A DNA stretch of 64,000 nt from an uncultured Verrucomicrobiae bacterium (GCA_963719495.1 CAVRCI010000004.1:224001-288000), one strand, 5' to 3'; positions 33,626-44,066 are shown, counted from the first letter of the stretch. A program made the numbers and translations. Notes: generated by a model from the sequence alone, not told the origin.

Positions 33626-34711
33626 ATGCCAATCACCGAAGACCACGTCAAACTATTCATCCCGGGCCCCGTTGAGATCTCGGAAAAAACCTACGCCGCT
33701 TTCTGCACTCCGATGATCGGACACCGGAGCGGGGATTTCAAAAAGCTCTACGGCGGGATTCAGCCGCGTCTCCAGGAACTCGTCGGGACGAAGCAGCCGG
33801 TCTTCATCTCGACCTCGTCAGCTTGGGGAGTGATGGAGGGCGCGATCCGCAACCTTGTCGCGAAGAAGGTGCTCAACTGCATGTGCGGCGCGTTTTCCGA
33901 CAAATGGTTCGACGTCAGCAAGCGCTGCGGCAAGCGGGCCGAGGCGCTTCGGGTCGAGTGGGGGGAGGCGATCTCGCCCGACGCCGTGGACGCCGCGCTG
34001 GCGACGGGTGAGTTCGACGCGATCACGCTCATCCACAACGAGACGTCGTGTGGCGTGAAGAATCCTCTGCGCGAGATCGCGGAGGTCGTGCGGAAATACC
34101 CGGACGTGATGTTCGTTGTCGACACGGTTTCTTCGTTTTCGACCGAGGCGATTCCGATGGACGAGCTCGGGATCGACGTTCTGCTCACGGGCAGCCAGAA
34201 GGCGTTGGCGCTGCCGCCCGGGATGGGGTTGTTCAGCGTGTCGGAGGCCGCGTTCGAGCGGGCGGCGACGATGGACGATCGGGGGTATTACTTCGACTTC
34301 CTCGAGTTCCGGAAAAACCAGGAAAGCGACATGACCCCGAGCACACCGGTCATTTCGCACATTTATGCCCTTCGCTCGAAGCTCGACGACATTTTCACCG
34401 AGGGGTTGGAAAACCGTTACGCGCGGCACGCGGAGCTGAACGCTATGGTCCACGCGTGGGTGCGCAAACACGGGTTCGAATTCTTCGCGCCGGATGGGCG
34501 GCGGTCGATTTCGTTGACCTGCGTGAAGAACAATCTCGAAGTCGACACGGCGGCTTGGATCGCCCGGTTGAAGGAGCGGTTCCATTGCGTGATCGACGGC
34601 GGCTACGGCAAGATCAAGGGCAAGACGTTCCGAATCTCGAACATGGGCGACGAGACGGTGGAGACGATGACGGAACTGCTCGGGTGGCTGGACGAGACGC
34701 TGGAGGGGTAG
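33626..34711 (+). CDS. class V PLP aminotransferase (alanine-glyoxylate/serine-pyruvate type)
   Basis: FIPGPV, HNETSCG, VDTVSS, GSQKALALPPG. Confidence 0.9.
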   Translation: MPITEDHVKLFIPGPVEISEKTYAAFCTPMIGHRSGDFKKLYGGIQPRLQELVGTKQPVFISTSSAWGVMEGAIRNLVAKKVLNCMCGAFSDKWFDVSKRCGKRAEALRVEWGEAISPDAVDAALATGEFDAITLIHNETSCGVKNPLREIAEVVRKYPDVMFVVDTVSSFSTEAIPMDELGIDVLLTGSQKALALPPGMGLFSVSEAAFERAATMDDRGYYFDFLEFRKNQESDMTPSTPVISHIYALRSKLDDIFTEGLENRYARHAELNAMVHAWVRKHGFEFFAPDGRRSISLTCVKNNLEVDTAAWIARLKERFHCVIDGGYGKIKGKTFRISNMGDETVETMTELLGWLDETLEG

Positions 34712-34717
34712 TTTTTT

Positions 34718-34770
34718 GGTGAATGGTGAATGGTGAATGGTGAATGGTGAATGGTGAATGGTGAATGGTG
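34718..34770. repeat. (GGTGAAT)7 heptamer tandem repeat
   Basis: Seven perfect units counted directly after the aminotransferase stop. Confidence 0.95.
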
Positions 34771-34816
34771 GCTGATTCGTCGGGTTGGATTGTTCATCCG
34801 GCGGAGCCTCGTTGAC

Positions 34817-34974
34817 CTGTCATGTTGAGCGGAGCGAAACATCTCTGGCTTCTCACCGCATCTGGGATGGCGGGTGGGCGGTCGTGGGTTTTCCTATGCC
34901 GTGAGTTTCGGGCAGCCGTGGGCTTCTTCGTTTTAGTGTCAGCCAGAGATCTTTCGCTCCGCTCAAGATGACAG
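34817..34974. repeat. REP family B inverted doublet
   Basis: CTGTCATGTTGAGCGGAGCGAAACATCTCTGGCT / AGCCAGAGATCTTTCGCTCCGCTCAAGATGACAG. Confidence 0.85.
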
Positions 34975-34994
34975 GGTTTGGATGGCGGTGCCGT

Positions 34995-35657
34995 TTACGC
35001 CGACTTGATCTCGAGCGATGATAGGTTGCGCTCGAGGACCCTCCCCGCTTCATTGGCGACTTCTTCGACGGTCGGCGTGTGCTTCGTCTCCTGTTCGATT
35101 GACGTCATTCTGACGTTGGCGATGCCGCAGGGGGTGATGCTGGCGAAGCCGTCGAGTTCGCCGGAGACGTTGAGGGCGAAGCCGTGCATGGTGATCCAAT
35201 GGCGGACGCCGACGCCGATCGAGGCGATTTTTCGGTCGCCGACCCAGACTCCGGTCAGGCCTCCGGAGCGGGTCGCCTCGATGTCGTAGTTCGCGAGGAC
35301 GTCGATGATGACGCCTTCGAGGAAGCGGAGGTAGCGGTGCAGGTCGCGACCGTATGGGTGGAGGTCGAGGATCGGGTAGCCGACGAGTTGGCCGGGCCCG
35401 TGGTAGGTGGCCTGGCCGCCGCGGTTGGTCTCGCGGACCGGATAAGGCAGGGATTCGATGGCGCGGAGGCTGGATTGGTCGCGGGTGCGACCGATGGTGA
35501 AGACGGGTTCGTGCTCGAGGAGCAGGAGGGTCGGCGGTGCGGCGTCGGCGCGGATCGCGGCGACGGTTTTTTCCTGGATCGCGAGACCCTCGTCGTAGGT
35601 GACGCGGCCCAGCCAGGTGGTGTGGAGCGGGGGGGCGGGTTGAGGATCAGAGAACAT
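34995..35657 (-). CDS. lipB: octanoyltransferase
   Basis: LEHEPVFTIG, RGGQATYHGPGQLVGYPI, KIASIG, HGFALN, ITPCG. Confidence 0.96.
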   Translation of the reverse strand: MFSDPQPAPPLHTTWLGRVTYDEGLAIQEKTVAAIRADAAPPTLLLLEHEPVFTIGRTRDQSSLRAIESLPYPVRETNRGGQATYHGPGQLVGYPILDLHPYGRDLHRYLRFLEGVIIDVLANYDIEATRSGGLTGVWVGDRKIASIGVGVRHWITMHGFALNVSGELDGFASITPCGIANVRMTSIEQETKHTPTVEEVANEAGRVLERNLSSLEIKSA

Positions 35658-35677
35658 GGTTCGCTGTGATGCCTACT

Positions 35678-35778
35678 CTGTCATGCTGAGCGAGGCGAAG
35701 CATCTCTGACTTGCACTGTACCCGATCGACGTCGTGAGGTGAGAAGCCAGAGATGCTTCGCTTTCGCTCAGCATGACA
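35678..35778. repeat. REP family B inverted doublet
   Basis: CTGTCATGCTGAGCGAGGCGAAGCATCTCTG / CAGAGATGCTTCGCTTTCGCTCAGCATGACA. Confidence 0.85.
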
Positions 35779-35822
35779 ACGGGGGGACACGCTCTCGCGG
35801 CTTTCTGGCACGTTTTCTTTGT

Positions 35823-36344
35823 CTAAACTCGTTTGAGGACTTCGCGGCGGTGTTTGGCGGCGTCGGCGGCCTGGCAGTGGGCGAGGGCTACGGCGAGGGC
35901 GTCGGCGGCGTCGGGGGGTGGGGTTTGGGTGAGGGCCAGGGTGGCGCGGATCATGAAGGCGACCTGCTCCTTTTGGGCTCCGCCCCGGCCGACGACGGCT
36001 TGTTTGACGCTGCGGGGGGCGTATTCGTGGATGGCGAGGCCGCGTTCGGCTGCGGCGAGGATGACGGCTCCACGGGCGGCCCCGAGGGTGATGGCGGTGC
36101 GGAAACTTTGGACGTAGATCGTGCTCTCGATGGCCATGACCGAGGGCTGCCAGGTGGAGATGAGGTCGGCGAGTTGCTGGCGGATTTCGAGGAGGCAGGT
36201 CGAGAGCGGGAGGCTGGCGACGTTGCGAATGGTGCCGAAGTGGAGGCAACGTTGGCCGCGTGGTTGGCGTTCGATGAGGCCGAAGCCGGTGCCGCGGAGG
36301 GAGGGGTCGACGCCGAGGATGCGTTCGGGTTCAGGCTCGGGCAT
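35823..36344 (-). CDS. ruvC: Holliday junction resolvase
   Basis: ILGVDPS, AIE, LGAARG, VKQAVVG.G.A.KEQV, DAADALAVA. Confidence 0.93.
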   Translation of the reverse strand: MPEPEPERILGVDPSLRGTGFGLIERQPRGQRCLHFGTIRNVASLPLSTCLLEIRQQLADLISTWQPSVMAIESTIYVQSFRTAITLGAARGAVILAAAERGLAIHEYAPRSVKQAVVGRGGAQKEQVAFMIRATLALTQTPPPDAADALAVALAHCQAADAAKHRREVLKRV

Positions 36345-37356
36345 TGGGGATGAGAGCATTGGCGGCGACGACGACGGAATCGAGCGCAATGTCTTCGGGA
36401 CGTCCGCTGGCGGCGTGAATCACGCGGACGAATTCGTTTCGCGGCGACCAGATCGCGGGGTCGGTTGGTCCGAAGAGGAGGAGGCACGGGCATTCGGCGG
36501 CGGCGGCGAGGTGGGAAATGCCGCTGTCGTGCCCCAGGAAGACGTCGCATTTCGTGAAGACGGCTCCGAGCACGGGGAGCGGGAGGTCGGTCAGGAAGTC
36601 GATTCTTTCGATGCCGCCGCGGGTGGAGCGGAGGTGGGCGAGCGGGGTCGCGTCGGCCTCGCCGCCGACGATCAGGAAATGGGCCGTCGGATGGTCGGCG
36701 GAGAGTCGGGCAACGAGTTCGGTCCAGCGACCGATGGGCCAATTCTTACGCGCGCCGCCGCTGCCGGGATGGAGGGCAACGATGGGGTGGGCTCCGCGCG
36801 GGAGGTGATCGCGGGCGGCTTCGAGATCGGCGTCGGAGGGGAAGAACTGAGCGGCGGGTTCTTCGAGGAAGAGGGCCAGCCGTTGGAGCGGGGCGGCGAG
36901 TTGGTGGGCGGCGTGAAGGTGATCGCCGACGCGCGGATCGGCGACGAGGAGGTTGGTGACGCCGGCGCGTTCGAGGTTGCCTTTGAAGAATCCGTCGGGG
37001 TCGAAGAGGTAGCTGACGACTTGGTCGAAGCCGGCGAAGTAGGCGCAGAGTTCGGGGTCGAGGTCGGCCTTGGGGTTGAAGAACCCGGCGAGCGGGGCGT
37101 ATTCGATGCTGCGGATTTCGTCAGCGTAAAAGCGGCCTTCGGCGATCGCCAGGATGTGACGATAACCGAGGATCTCGAGGTGGGCGTCGGGGAAGGCGTC
37201 GCGGAGGAGCGCGATGGCCGGGAGCGTGAGGATGAAGTCGCCGATGGCTCCTCCCCGGATGACTAGGATTCTAGGTTGCGTGATTGGTGACTTGTGAGTG
37301 GTGATTGGTGGCTGAAGGGGTGAGGCTTCGCCTTTGGGTTGGTTCGGCGATTGCAA
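36331..37356 (-). CDS. GT9 heptosyltransferase-family glycosyltransferase (start uncertain)
   Basis: ILVIRGGAIGDFIL, HPGSGG..KNWP, GHDSGISHLAAA, LFGPT. Confidence 0.88.
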   Translation of the reverse strand: MQSPNQPKGEASPLQPPITTHKSPITQPRILVIRGGAIGDFILTLPAIALLRDAFPDAHLEILGYRHILAIAEGRFYADEIRSIEYAPLAGFFNPKADLDPELCAYFAGFDQVVSYLFDPDGFFKGNLERAGVTNLLVADPRVGDHLHAAHQLAAPLQRLALFLEEPAAQFFPSDADLEAARDHLPRGAHPIVALHPGSGGARKNWPIGRWTELVARLSADHPTAHFLIVGGEADATPLAHLRSTRGGIERIDFLTDLPLPVLGAVFTKCDVFLGHDSGISHLAAAAECPCLLLFGPTDPAIWSPRNEFVRVIHAASGRPEDIALDSVVVAANALIPNARA

Positions 37357-37424
37357 ATCGCCGCTCCTTGAAGCTGCTCTTGACCAAGGACTCTCGACTC
37401 GCAGCCGGGAGCAAGGGTCACCAA

Positions 37425-37607
37425 CTACTGTCCGTTGATGGCGGAGCCGTAGACTCCGGGGCCTTCCCATTCAGCCGGGCTGTTCCAGGGGATCGAGGAT
37501 GGGCGGGACTGGCCGGTCGCGGTCCGTTCTTCGGTGACGCAGCCGGTGAGCGAGAGAATGGTGGCGAGCGCAAAGGTCGCGACGAAGACGCGGGAGGTGG
37601 CCAGCAT
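37425..37607 (-). CDS. small lipoprotein (60 aa)
   Basis: LTGC lipobox; SSIPWNSPAEWEG. Confidence 0.7.
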   Translation of the reverse strand: MLATSRVFVATFALATILSLTGCVTEERTATGQSRPSSIPWNSPAEWEGPGVYGSAINGQ

Positions 37608-37614
37608 CCGGCGG

Positions 37615-38397
37615 TTAGTTGCTCGACTGGTAGATGACGCTGTCTCCGGGCTGCACGGCGACGCCGGCGGGAACGGAGTTGGCGACGATGTCGGCGATGG
37701 AGGTCTGCGGCTCGACGGAGGTGATGCGGACCTTGCCGAGGTAGCGGCCATTGCGCTTGAGGAGAAGCTCGGCGTTGTTCACGACGCCGCGGTTGTCGCC
37801 GATGCTGAGGACGACGAAGTTCCAAGCGGGGTTGACGGCGAGGACCTGGCCTTCGAGGCCGTCCCGCATGATCTGCTGTTTCCGGTCGTCTTCCTTCTGA
37901 GCGAAGGTCTGGTTCTCGCTGCGGAGTTCGGTGTTCTTTTCTTCGAGGCTGGAGACGAGGGCTTCGAGTTCCTTCTCACGAGGGCTTGGGCCGGCGGTCT
38001 CGGTCTCGTCGGTGGGCGTCGTGCCGGGGACGGTAAGTTGAGCGATCGTCTTGTCGCGGTCGGCGACCGTGGCGGTGAGCGACTCGATCTCGCTGTCCTT
38101 CGTGGAGATCTGACCCTTGACGTCGGACAGTTCGGATTCGGTCGTCGCCAGAGTGGACTGGGTGGTGGCGAGGTTGGCTTCGACGGCCTGCTTCTCGGCG
38201 GTGGTCGTCTCGAGGGCGGTGGTGGTCTCGGCGAGCTCCTTGGTCTTGCCGGCAAGGTCGTTGCGGGCCGTGGAGAGGGTCGCGGTGGTGGAGGCGAGGT
38301 CGGCGGTGGTCTCGTCGAGTTTCGTTTTGTTCATCCAGCCGAGGCCGGCGGTGACAAGGGAAATGACGATGGCGACGATGAGCAGAATTTTAGCCAT
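37615..38397 (-). CDS. membrane-anchored coiled-coil protein
   Basis: N-terminal TM, long heptad region, C-terminal beta domain GQVLAVNPAWNFVVL. Confidence 0.8.
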   Translation of the reverse strand: MAKILLIVAIVISLVTAGLGWMNKTKLDETTADLASTTATLSTARNDLAGKTKELAETTTALETTTAEKQAVEANLATTQSTLATTESELSDVKGQISTKDSEIESLTATVADRDKTIAQLTVPGTTPTDETETAGPSPREKELEALVSSLEEKNTELRSENQTFAQKEDDRKQQIMRDGLEGQVLAVNPAWNFVVLSIGDNRGVVNNAELLLKRNGRYLGKVRITSVEPQTSIADIVANSVPAGVAVQPGDSVIYQSSN

Positions 38398-38658
38398 GGA
38401 GAGGGAGTCGGAGAGAGACGGTTAAGGATTGAGGGGTTGCAATTACGGATTTCCCAAAATGATTGCAAGCGGCAAAACGCAAATTGGTTACGTTGCTGAC
38501 GCGGACGGAATCCTGGGAGAAAACCTGATCGACGGCCGTTTCTTTAGCCCGGATATCGCGAAATTGGCAATGTCGGCGTTGAAAAAACGTGCGGCGGGAA
38601 TTTTCGAAATATTGGTGGAATGGGGTTGATCGGGTTGCGCGTGGGGGTAGGGTTCGCG

Positions 38659-38752
38659 GTGCCAGGGGCTATGGATTGCGGACGGGTGAACCCCGCCAGG
38701 GCAGGAATGCAGCAACGGTAACTCGCTCCTCTTTGCCGTAGTCCTCTGGCAC
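38659..38752 (+). ncRNA. ffs: bacterial small SRP RNA (4.5S)
   Basis: Domain IV GAACCCCGCCAGG-GCA-GGAA-TGC-AGCAACGG closed by the stem GTGCCAGGGGCTATGG/CCGTAGTCCTCTGGCAC. Confidence 0.85.
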
Positions 38753-38789
38753 TTTTCCTCTTCTTGACTCCCCCGGGGGACGTCCTACC

Positions 38790-39272
38790 GTGGCGCGCGT
38801 GGAAACCTCCTTTCGCGAAACCGTTTATAGTTATCTCGCTGATCGTGGCTTGAGGCGCACGGCGCAGCGGGAAGCGATCATCGAAGCGGTGATGGGGACG
38901 AAGGATCACTTCCACGCCGAGGAGCTGCTCCTCATGGCGAAACGAATCGATCGCTCGGTGTCGCGGGCGACGGTGTATCGGACGATTCCGTTGCTGGTGG
39001 CGAGTGGGCTGTTGCGGGAGTTGGATCTGGGGCGGGAGGTCAAATACTACGACCCGAATTTTCTGGAGCACCCTACGCACAATCATCTCATTTGCACGGA
39101 CTGCGACAAGATCATCGAGTTCGAGGATACGAACATGGAACTGTTGGAGAATTGCATCACGCGGCGGCTGGGCTTTTCTCCGGCCAACAAAATGGTGCGG
39201 ATCGAGGGGAGCTGCGACGAATTGAAAATGAACGGGACGTGCGCGAAGGCGGACGTGGCTCCGTCGCATTGA
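38790..39272 (+). CDS. Fur-family transcriptional regulator
   Basis: GLRRTAQR, VSRATVYRT, HNHLICTDCDKIIEF. Confidence 0.92.
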   Translation: MARVETSFRETVYSYLADRGLRRTAQREAIIEAVMGTKDHFHAEELLLMAKRIDRSVSRATVYRTIPLLVASGLLRELDLGREVKYYDPNFLEHPTHNHLICTDCDKIIEFEDTNMELLENCITRRLGFSPANKMVRIEGSCDELKMNGTCAKADVAPSH

Positions 39273-39323
39273 GCGGGCTCGGCCGGATCGGGCGGGCGGT
39301 TGGGCGCGGAAGGTAAATTGATC

Positions 39324-40688
39324 ATGTGGAAGGGACGTTTTGAGGAGGAGCAGTCGGATCGGCTGCGGAGATTCAGCGAGTCGGTATCGTTCGATTGGCG
39401 GCTGTATGCGTGTGACGTCGAGGGGAGTCTGGCTTACGCGGCGGCGCTGGAGCGGGCGGGGGTGCTGACGGAGGCGGAGCGAGTGGCGATCTCCGACGGG
39501 CTCTCGGAGATCCGGGGGGAGATCGAGCGGGGGGAATTCGAGTTCCGGGTCGAGCTCGAGGACATTCACATGAACGTCGAGGCCGAATTGACGCGGCGGA
39601 TCGGTGCGCCGGGGGCGAAATTGCACACGGGGCGCAGTCGGAACGACCAGGTGGCGGTGGATATTCGGTTGTATTTGCGCGGGGCGATTGACGAGCTGAT
39701 TGGCGGGGTCGCGGGGCTGCAGCGGGCGCTGGTCGGTCTGGCGGGGCGGCACGCGGGGGTGATCATCCCCGGGTACACTCATTTGCAGCGGGCGCAGCCG
39801 GTGCCGGTCGCGCACCATCTGCTGGCTTACGTCGAAATGCTGGCGCGGGACGCGGGGCGGCTGGCGGATTGCCGGAACCGGATGAACGTGCTGCCGCTTG
39901 GGTCGGGGGCGATCGCGGGGTCGACGATCGTGGTGGACCGGGCGTTTCTCGCGGAGCGGCTGGGGTTCGATGGGGTGACGCAGAACAGCATGGATGCCGT
40001 GTCGGACCGGGATTTTGCGTGCGAGCTGCTGGCGGACATTGCGATTTGCGGGATGCACGTGTCGCGGCTGAGCGAGGACGTGGTGCTGTGGGCGTCGGCG
40101 GAGTTCGGGTTTCTCAAACTGAGCGACCGGCACACGACGGGATCGAGTTTGATGCCGCAGAAAAAAAATCCCGACGTCGCGGAGCTGGCGCGGGGGAAGA
40201 CGGGGCGACTCTACGGAAATCTGGTGGCGCTGCTGACCGTGCTGAAGGGGCTGCCGATGACTTACAATCGGGACATGCAGGAGGACAAGGAGCCGGTGTT
40301 CGACTCGGTGGACACGCTGGGGCCGACGCTGGAGCTGTTCGCCGAGATGCTGGACGGTGCGGAGTTCGACGCGGCGCGGGCGGCGGAGGCGGTGAGCGAT
40401 CCGCTGCTGTTGGCGACGGATCTGGCGGATCACCTGGTGCGGGGCGGGGTGCCGTTTCGCGAGGCGCACGAGGTGGTCGGGCGGTTGGTGGGGGAAGCGG
40501 CGCGGGCCGGGGTGCCGCTCGATGAGTTGCCGGACGAGACGTTCGCAGCGGCTTCGGAGCATTTTGCGGCTGGCGTGGCGGACCTTTTCGACATTCCGAC
40601 GGCGTTGGCGGCACGGAAGGCGCCGGGGGCGCCTTCGCCCGAAAACGTCGCGGCGCGGCTGGCGCATTGGCGGGAGCAACTCGGGTGA
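39324..40688 (+). CDS. argH: argininosuccinate lyase
   Basis: MWKGRF, EDIHMNVE, HTGRSRNDQV, GSSLMPQKKNPD. Confidence 0.97.
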   Translation: MWKGRFEEEQSDRLRRFSESVSFDWRLYACDVEGSLAYAAALERAGVLTEAERVAISDGLSEIRGEIERGEFEFRVELEDIHMNVEAELTRRIGAPGAKLHTGRSRNDQVAVDIRLYLRGAIDELIGGVAGLQRALVGLAGRHAGVIIPGYTHLQRAQPVPVAHHLLAYVEMLARDAGRLADCRNRMNVLPLGSGAIAGSTIVVDRAFLAERLGFDGVTQNSMDAVSDRDFACELLADIAICGMHVSRLSEDVVLWASAEFGFLKLSDRHTTGSSLMPQKKNPDVAELARGKTGRLYGNLVALLTVLKGLPMTYNRDMQEDKEPVFDSVDTLGPTLELFAEMLDGAEFDAARAAEAVSDPLLLATDLADHLVRGGVPFREAHEVVGRLVGEAARAGVPLDELPDETFAAASEHFAAGVADLFDIPTALAARKAPGAPSPENVAARLAHWREQLG

Positions 40689-41251
40689 GCGGCTGGCGGG
40701 ACATGGGGCGCGAGACCCTGGCGGACACGCCGTATCTGCGGGTGAACGTCGAGACGGTGGCGACGCCGTCGCGGCCGGAGGGGGTGGAGTGGCTGGTCGT
40801 GCGGCGGAAGCAGGCGGCGGTGATCGCGGCGCGGACGGTGGCGGGCGAGTATCTGCTGGTGCGGCAGGAGCGGGTGGCGGCGCGGCGGGCCTTCTGGGAA
40901 TTTGCGGCGGGTCAGGTGGACGCGCCGGCGGTGGACGCGGCGGCGATTCGCGAGACGGCGGTGCGGGAGCTGGGCGAGGAGACGGGGTATGAGATCGGGG
41001 CCGGGGGTGAGTTGGTGGAGCTGGGGTCCTATTATTCGTCGCCGGGGTTCACCGATGAACTCTGCCATTTGTTCCTGGCGAGCGGGGTGGTGCCGAGGGC
41101 GGCGGGCATGACGTTGGACGCGAACGAGGGGATCGTGGAGTGCCGGGCGTTTTCGCGGGCGGATTTGGCGTTGATGATCGCGGACGGGGAAATCTGCGAC
41201 GCGAATACGCTTTGCTCGGTGGCGCGGTTGATGTTGCGGGGGTTGTTTTAG
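40685..41251 (+). CDS. NUDIX hydrolase (ADP-ribose pyrophosphatase-like)
   Basis: AGQVD...AVRELGEETG Nudix box; SSPGFTDE. Confidence 0.88.
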   Translation: MSGWRDMGRETLADTPYLRVNVETVATPSRPEGVEWLVVRRKQAAVIAARTVAGEYLLVRQERVAARRAFWEFAAGQVDAPAVDAAAIRETAVRELGEETGYEIGAGGELVELGSYYSSPGFTDELCHLFLASGVVPRAAGMTLDANEGIVECRAFSRADLALMIADGEICDANTLCSVARLMLRGLF

Positions 41252-41460
41252 GCCGCAAAGAGGCGCAGAAGTCGCAAAGATGGTGAATGGTGGTGAGGTG
41301 GTGAAAGTTGGTGGGATCGGCGAGTTGGTTTTGGAATCGACGGTTTTTAGGGACGAGTCAGAGATGCTTCGCTTCGCTCAGCATGACAGGGTGGGGCGGG
41401 GGGCTTCGTCTTTTGCGAAGACGGCATTTCTTTTGCGCCCTTTTGCGCCTTTTTGCGGCC
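41251..41460. repeat. nested composite of REP-like repeats
   Basis: Inverted GCCGCAAAGAGGCGCAGAA pair enclosing a GGTGAAT-like tract and a family B REP (41357-41389). Confidence 0.75.
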
Positions 41461-41476
41461 AAACGCATTCGTTCTA

Positions 41477-42313
41477 ATGGCGCGGCGGTGGAAACAGCGG
41501 TTCTTCGAGTTCCGGGAGTTGGCGGATGAGCCGAAGCCCTTTCTCGATCACATCGACGATCTGCGGACGATGGTCATTCGGATGGCGATCGCGCTCGGGT
41601 CGGCGATGGTCCTGAGCTTCCTTGCGCGGACCTGGCTCTTCGCGGCGATTCAGCGGCCGTTGACGGACGTGGATCCGGTGGAGCTGGGGAATCTGCGGTC
41701 GCTGGGGGTGGTGGACTCGTTTTCGATCTCGCTCGAATTGGCTTTCTACGCCGGGTTCGTGTTGTCGTTTCCCTTTCTCATCTACTTTCTGTCGCAGTTC
41801 GTGCTGCCGGCTCTGACGAAGAAGGAGCGGAGCTACGTGCTGCCGGCGGCGGGGTTTGGGTTTGGGCTTTTTCTGGTGGGAGTGACGTTTGCCTACGAGT
41901 TCGTGCTGCCGCAGGCTCTGCAGTTTTTTTACAAGGACGCGCAGTCGTTGGGGTGGCGGCCGGAGTGGACGGTGCGGGAGTATTATTCGTTCACGACGCA
42001 GTTCATCATCGCGTTCGGGCTGGCTTTCGAGTTGCCGCTGGTGGTGCTGCTGCTCGTGAAGTTGGGGCTGATCGAGGCGGCGGATTTGCGGCGGATTCGG
42101 CCGCAGGCGTTCGTGGCGGTGATGGTCTTCTCGGCGGTGCTGACGCCGACGACGGACATGGTCACGATGGCGATGATGGGGGTGCCGATGTATCTGCTCT
42201 ACGAGATTTGCATCGTGATCGCTTCGTTCTCGAAGCCGAAGGAAGTGGTCGGCACGGCGCACGATGAACCCGAGGTGTTGGCGGATCGGGAGGATGGGGA
42301 CGGGGACGTGTAG
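41477..42313 (+). CDS. tatC: twin-arginine translocase subunit C
   Basis: FLDHIDDLR, FVLPAL, FGLAFELP, LTPTTD, PMYLLYE. Confidence 0.94.
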   Translation: MARRWKQRFFEFRELADEPKPFLDHIDDLRTMVIRMAIALGSAMVLSFLARTWLFAAIQRPLTDVDPVELGNLRSLGVVDSFSISLELAFYAGFVLSFPFLIYFLSQFVLPALTKKERSYVLPAAGFGFGLFLVGVTFAYEFVLPQALQFFYKDAQSLGWRPEWTVREYYSFTTQFIIAFGLAFELPLVVLLLVKLGLIEAADLRRIRPQAFVAVMVFSAVLTPTTDMVTMAMMGVPMYLLYEICIVIASFSKPKEVVGTAHDEPEVLADREDGDGDV

Positions 42314-42383
42314 TTCAACCGGGCGACGGGGCCGGAACGAATCCCGGCTTTACGAACGTTTCGCGGATTGGAAATAGTGGGGG

Positions 42384-44066
42384 ATGCGTTGTTCCCTCGG
42401 ATTGGATTACGGCACGAATTCCGTTCGTGCGCTCATCGTGGATTGTGCGGATGGCCGCGAGGTCGGGGTCGCCGTTTTTCATTACCCGAGCGGGCGGCAG
42501 GGAATATTGCTCGATCCCAAAGATCCGAATCTGGCCCGGCAGCATCCGGGCGATTATTTGCTGGGCGCTGAGGAATCGGTGAAGGCGGCGATCGCCGACG
42601 CGCGGAGCCGGGACGCGGCGTTCGATCCGAAGGACGTGATCGGAGTCGGCGTGGATGCGACGGGGTCGAGTCCGATCCCGGTCGACGCGGCAAATGTGGC
42701 GATTGGGACGAAGGCGGAGTTCCGCGATTCGCTCGCGGCGCAGTGCTGGCTGTGGAAAGACCACACGAGCTGGCGCGAGGCGGATCAGATCACGAGCATC
42801 GCGGGGCGGATGCGGGCGCAATACTTCGCGAAGTGCGGGAATACGTATTCGTCGGAGTGGTTCTGGGCGAAGATCTGGAAGTGCGCGCTCGAAGCGCCGG
42901 AGGTGTTCGAGGCGGCGCACAGTTGGGTGGAGCTGACGGATTGGGTGCCGTCGCAGTTGGCGGGGATCGGCGACCCGGCGGCTGTGGCGCGGGGGATCTG
43001 CACGGCGGGGCACAAGGCACTTTATTGCGACGAGTGGGGGGGGCTGCCGGACGAGGAATTTCTCACGGAGCTGGATCCGCGGCTGGCGGCGCTTCGCGGC
43101 CGGCTCTACGAAAAGGCGCTGGACGCCTCGCACGCGGCGGGGGTTTTGTCCGCCGATTGGGCGAGCCGACTGGGGTTGCGCGAGGGCATTCCGATCGCGA
43201 TGGGCGAGATGGACGTTCACTACGGCGCGATCGGGTCGGGGATCGCGGAGGGGACGTTGGTCAAGGTGATCGGGACTTCGACGTGTGATTGCTGCGTGGT
43301 GGACGCTTCGCGGGAGATCGCGGACATCCCGGGGATTTGCGGGATCGTCGACGGGGCAATTTTGCCCGGGTTCTTCGGGATCGAGGCGGGTCAGTCGGCG
43401 GTGGGGGACATTTTTCGGTGGTGGGTCGAGGACGTGTGCGAGGGCGACGGGGAACTGCACGGAAGGCTCACGGACGAAGCGGCGGGTCTCGCGCCGGGCG
43501 AGAGCGGATTGCTGGCGCTGGATTGGAACAACGGGAATCGGACGATCCTGGTCGATCAGCGGCTCACGGGTTTGCTGCTCGGGCAGACGCTTCACACGAG
43601 CCGGGCGGAAATTTATCGCGCGCTCATCGAGGCAACGGCCTTCGGCGCGCGGATGATCATCGAGCGGATCGTGAAATACGGCGTGCCGATCGAACGGGTC
43701 GTGTGCGCGGGCGGGATCGCGGAGAAGAATCCGATGCTGATGCAGATTTATGCCGACGTGACGGGACGCGAGATGCGGATCGCGGCGTCGACGCAGGCTT
43801 GCGCGCTCGGGGCGGCGGTGTCGGCGGCCGTGCTGGCGGGCGTGGACGCCGGGGGGCACCCCGACTTCCCGACCGCGCAGGCGGCGATGACGTCGCTCAA
43901 GGACGAGGTGTATAAGCCGAATCCGGAGGCTTCGGCGGTCTACGAAGAAATCTTCGGACTTTATCGGGAGGTGCACGATGCGTTCGGCGGTGTGGCGGTG
44001 AGGGATCTCGGTGGGGTCATGAAAGGGTTGCTGGAAATCCGCGAGCGACAAACGTCCGTCGGCTGA
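42384..44066 (+). CDS. araB: L-ribulokinase
   Basis: [34 protein letters not shown]; upstream of araA. Confidence 0.93.
   Translation: MRCSLGLDYGTNSVRALIVDCADGREVGVAVFHYPSGRQGILLDPKDPNLARQHPGDYLLGAEESVKAAIADARSRDAAFDPKDVIGVGVDATGSSPIPVDAANVAIGTKAEFRDSLAAQCWLWKDHTSWREADQITSIAGRMRAQYFAKCGNTYSSEWFWAKIWKCALEAPEVFEAAHSWVELTDWVPSQLAGIGDPAAVARGICTAGHKALYCDEWGGLPDEEFLTELDPRLAALRGRLYEKALDASHAAGVLSADWASRLGLREGIPIAMGEMDVHYGAIGSGIAEGTLVKVIGTSTCDCCVVDASREIADIPGICGIVDGAILPGFFGIEAGQSAVGDIFRWWVEDVCEGDGELHGRLTDEAAGLAPGESGLLALDWNNGNRTILVDQRLTGLLLGQTLHTSRAEIYRALIEATAFGARMIIERIVKYGVPIERVVCAGGIAEKNPMLMQIYADVTGREMRIAASTQACALGAAVSAAVLAGVDAGGHPDFPTAQAAMTSLKDEVYKPNPEASAVYEEIFGLYREVHDAFGGVAVRDLGGVMKGLLEIRERQTSVG

Noticed and set aside
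34718..34770. Tandem repeat as a possible CRISPR array
   Set aside because: 7-nt units with no spacers and no cas genes
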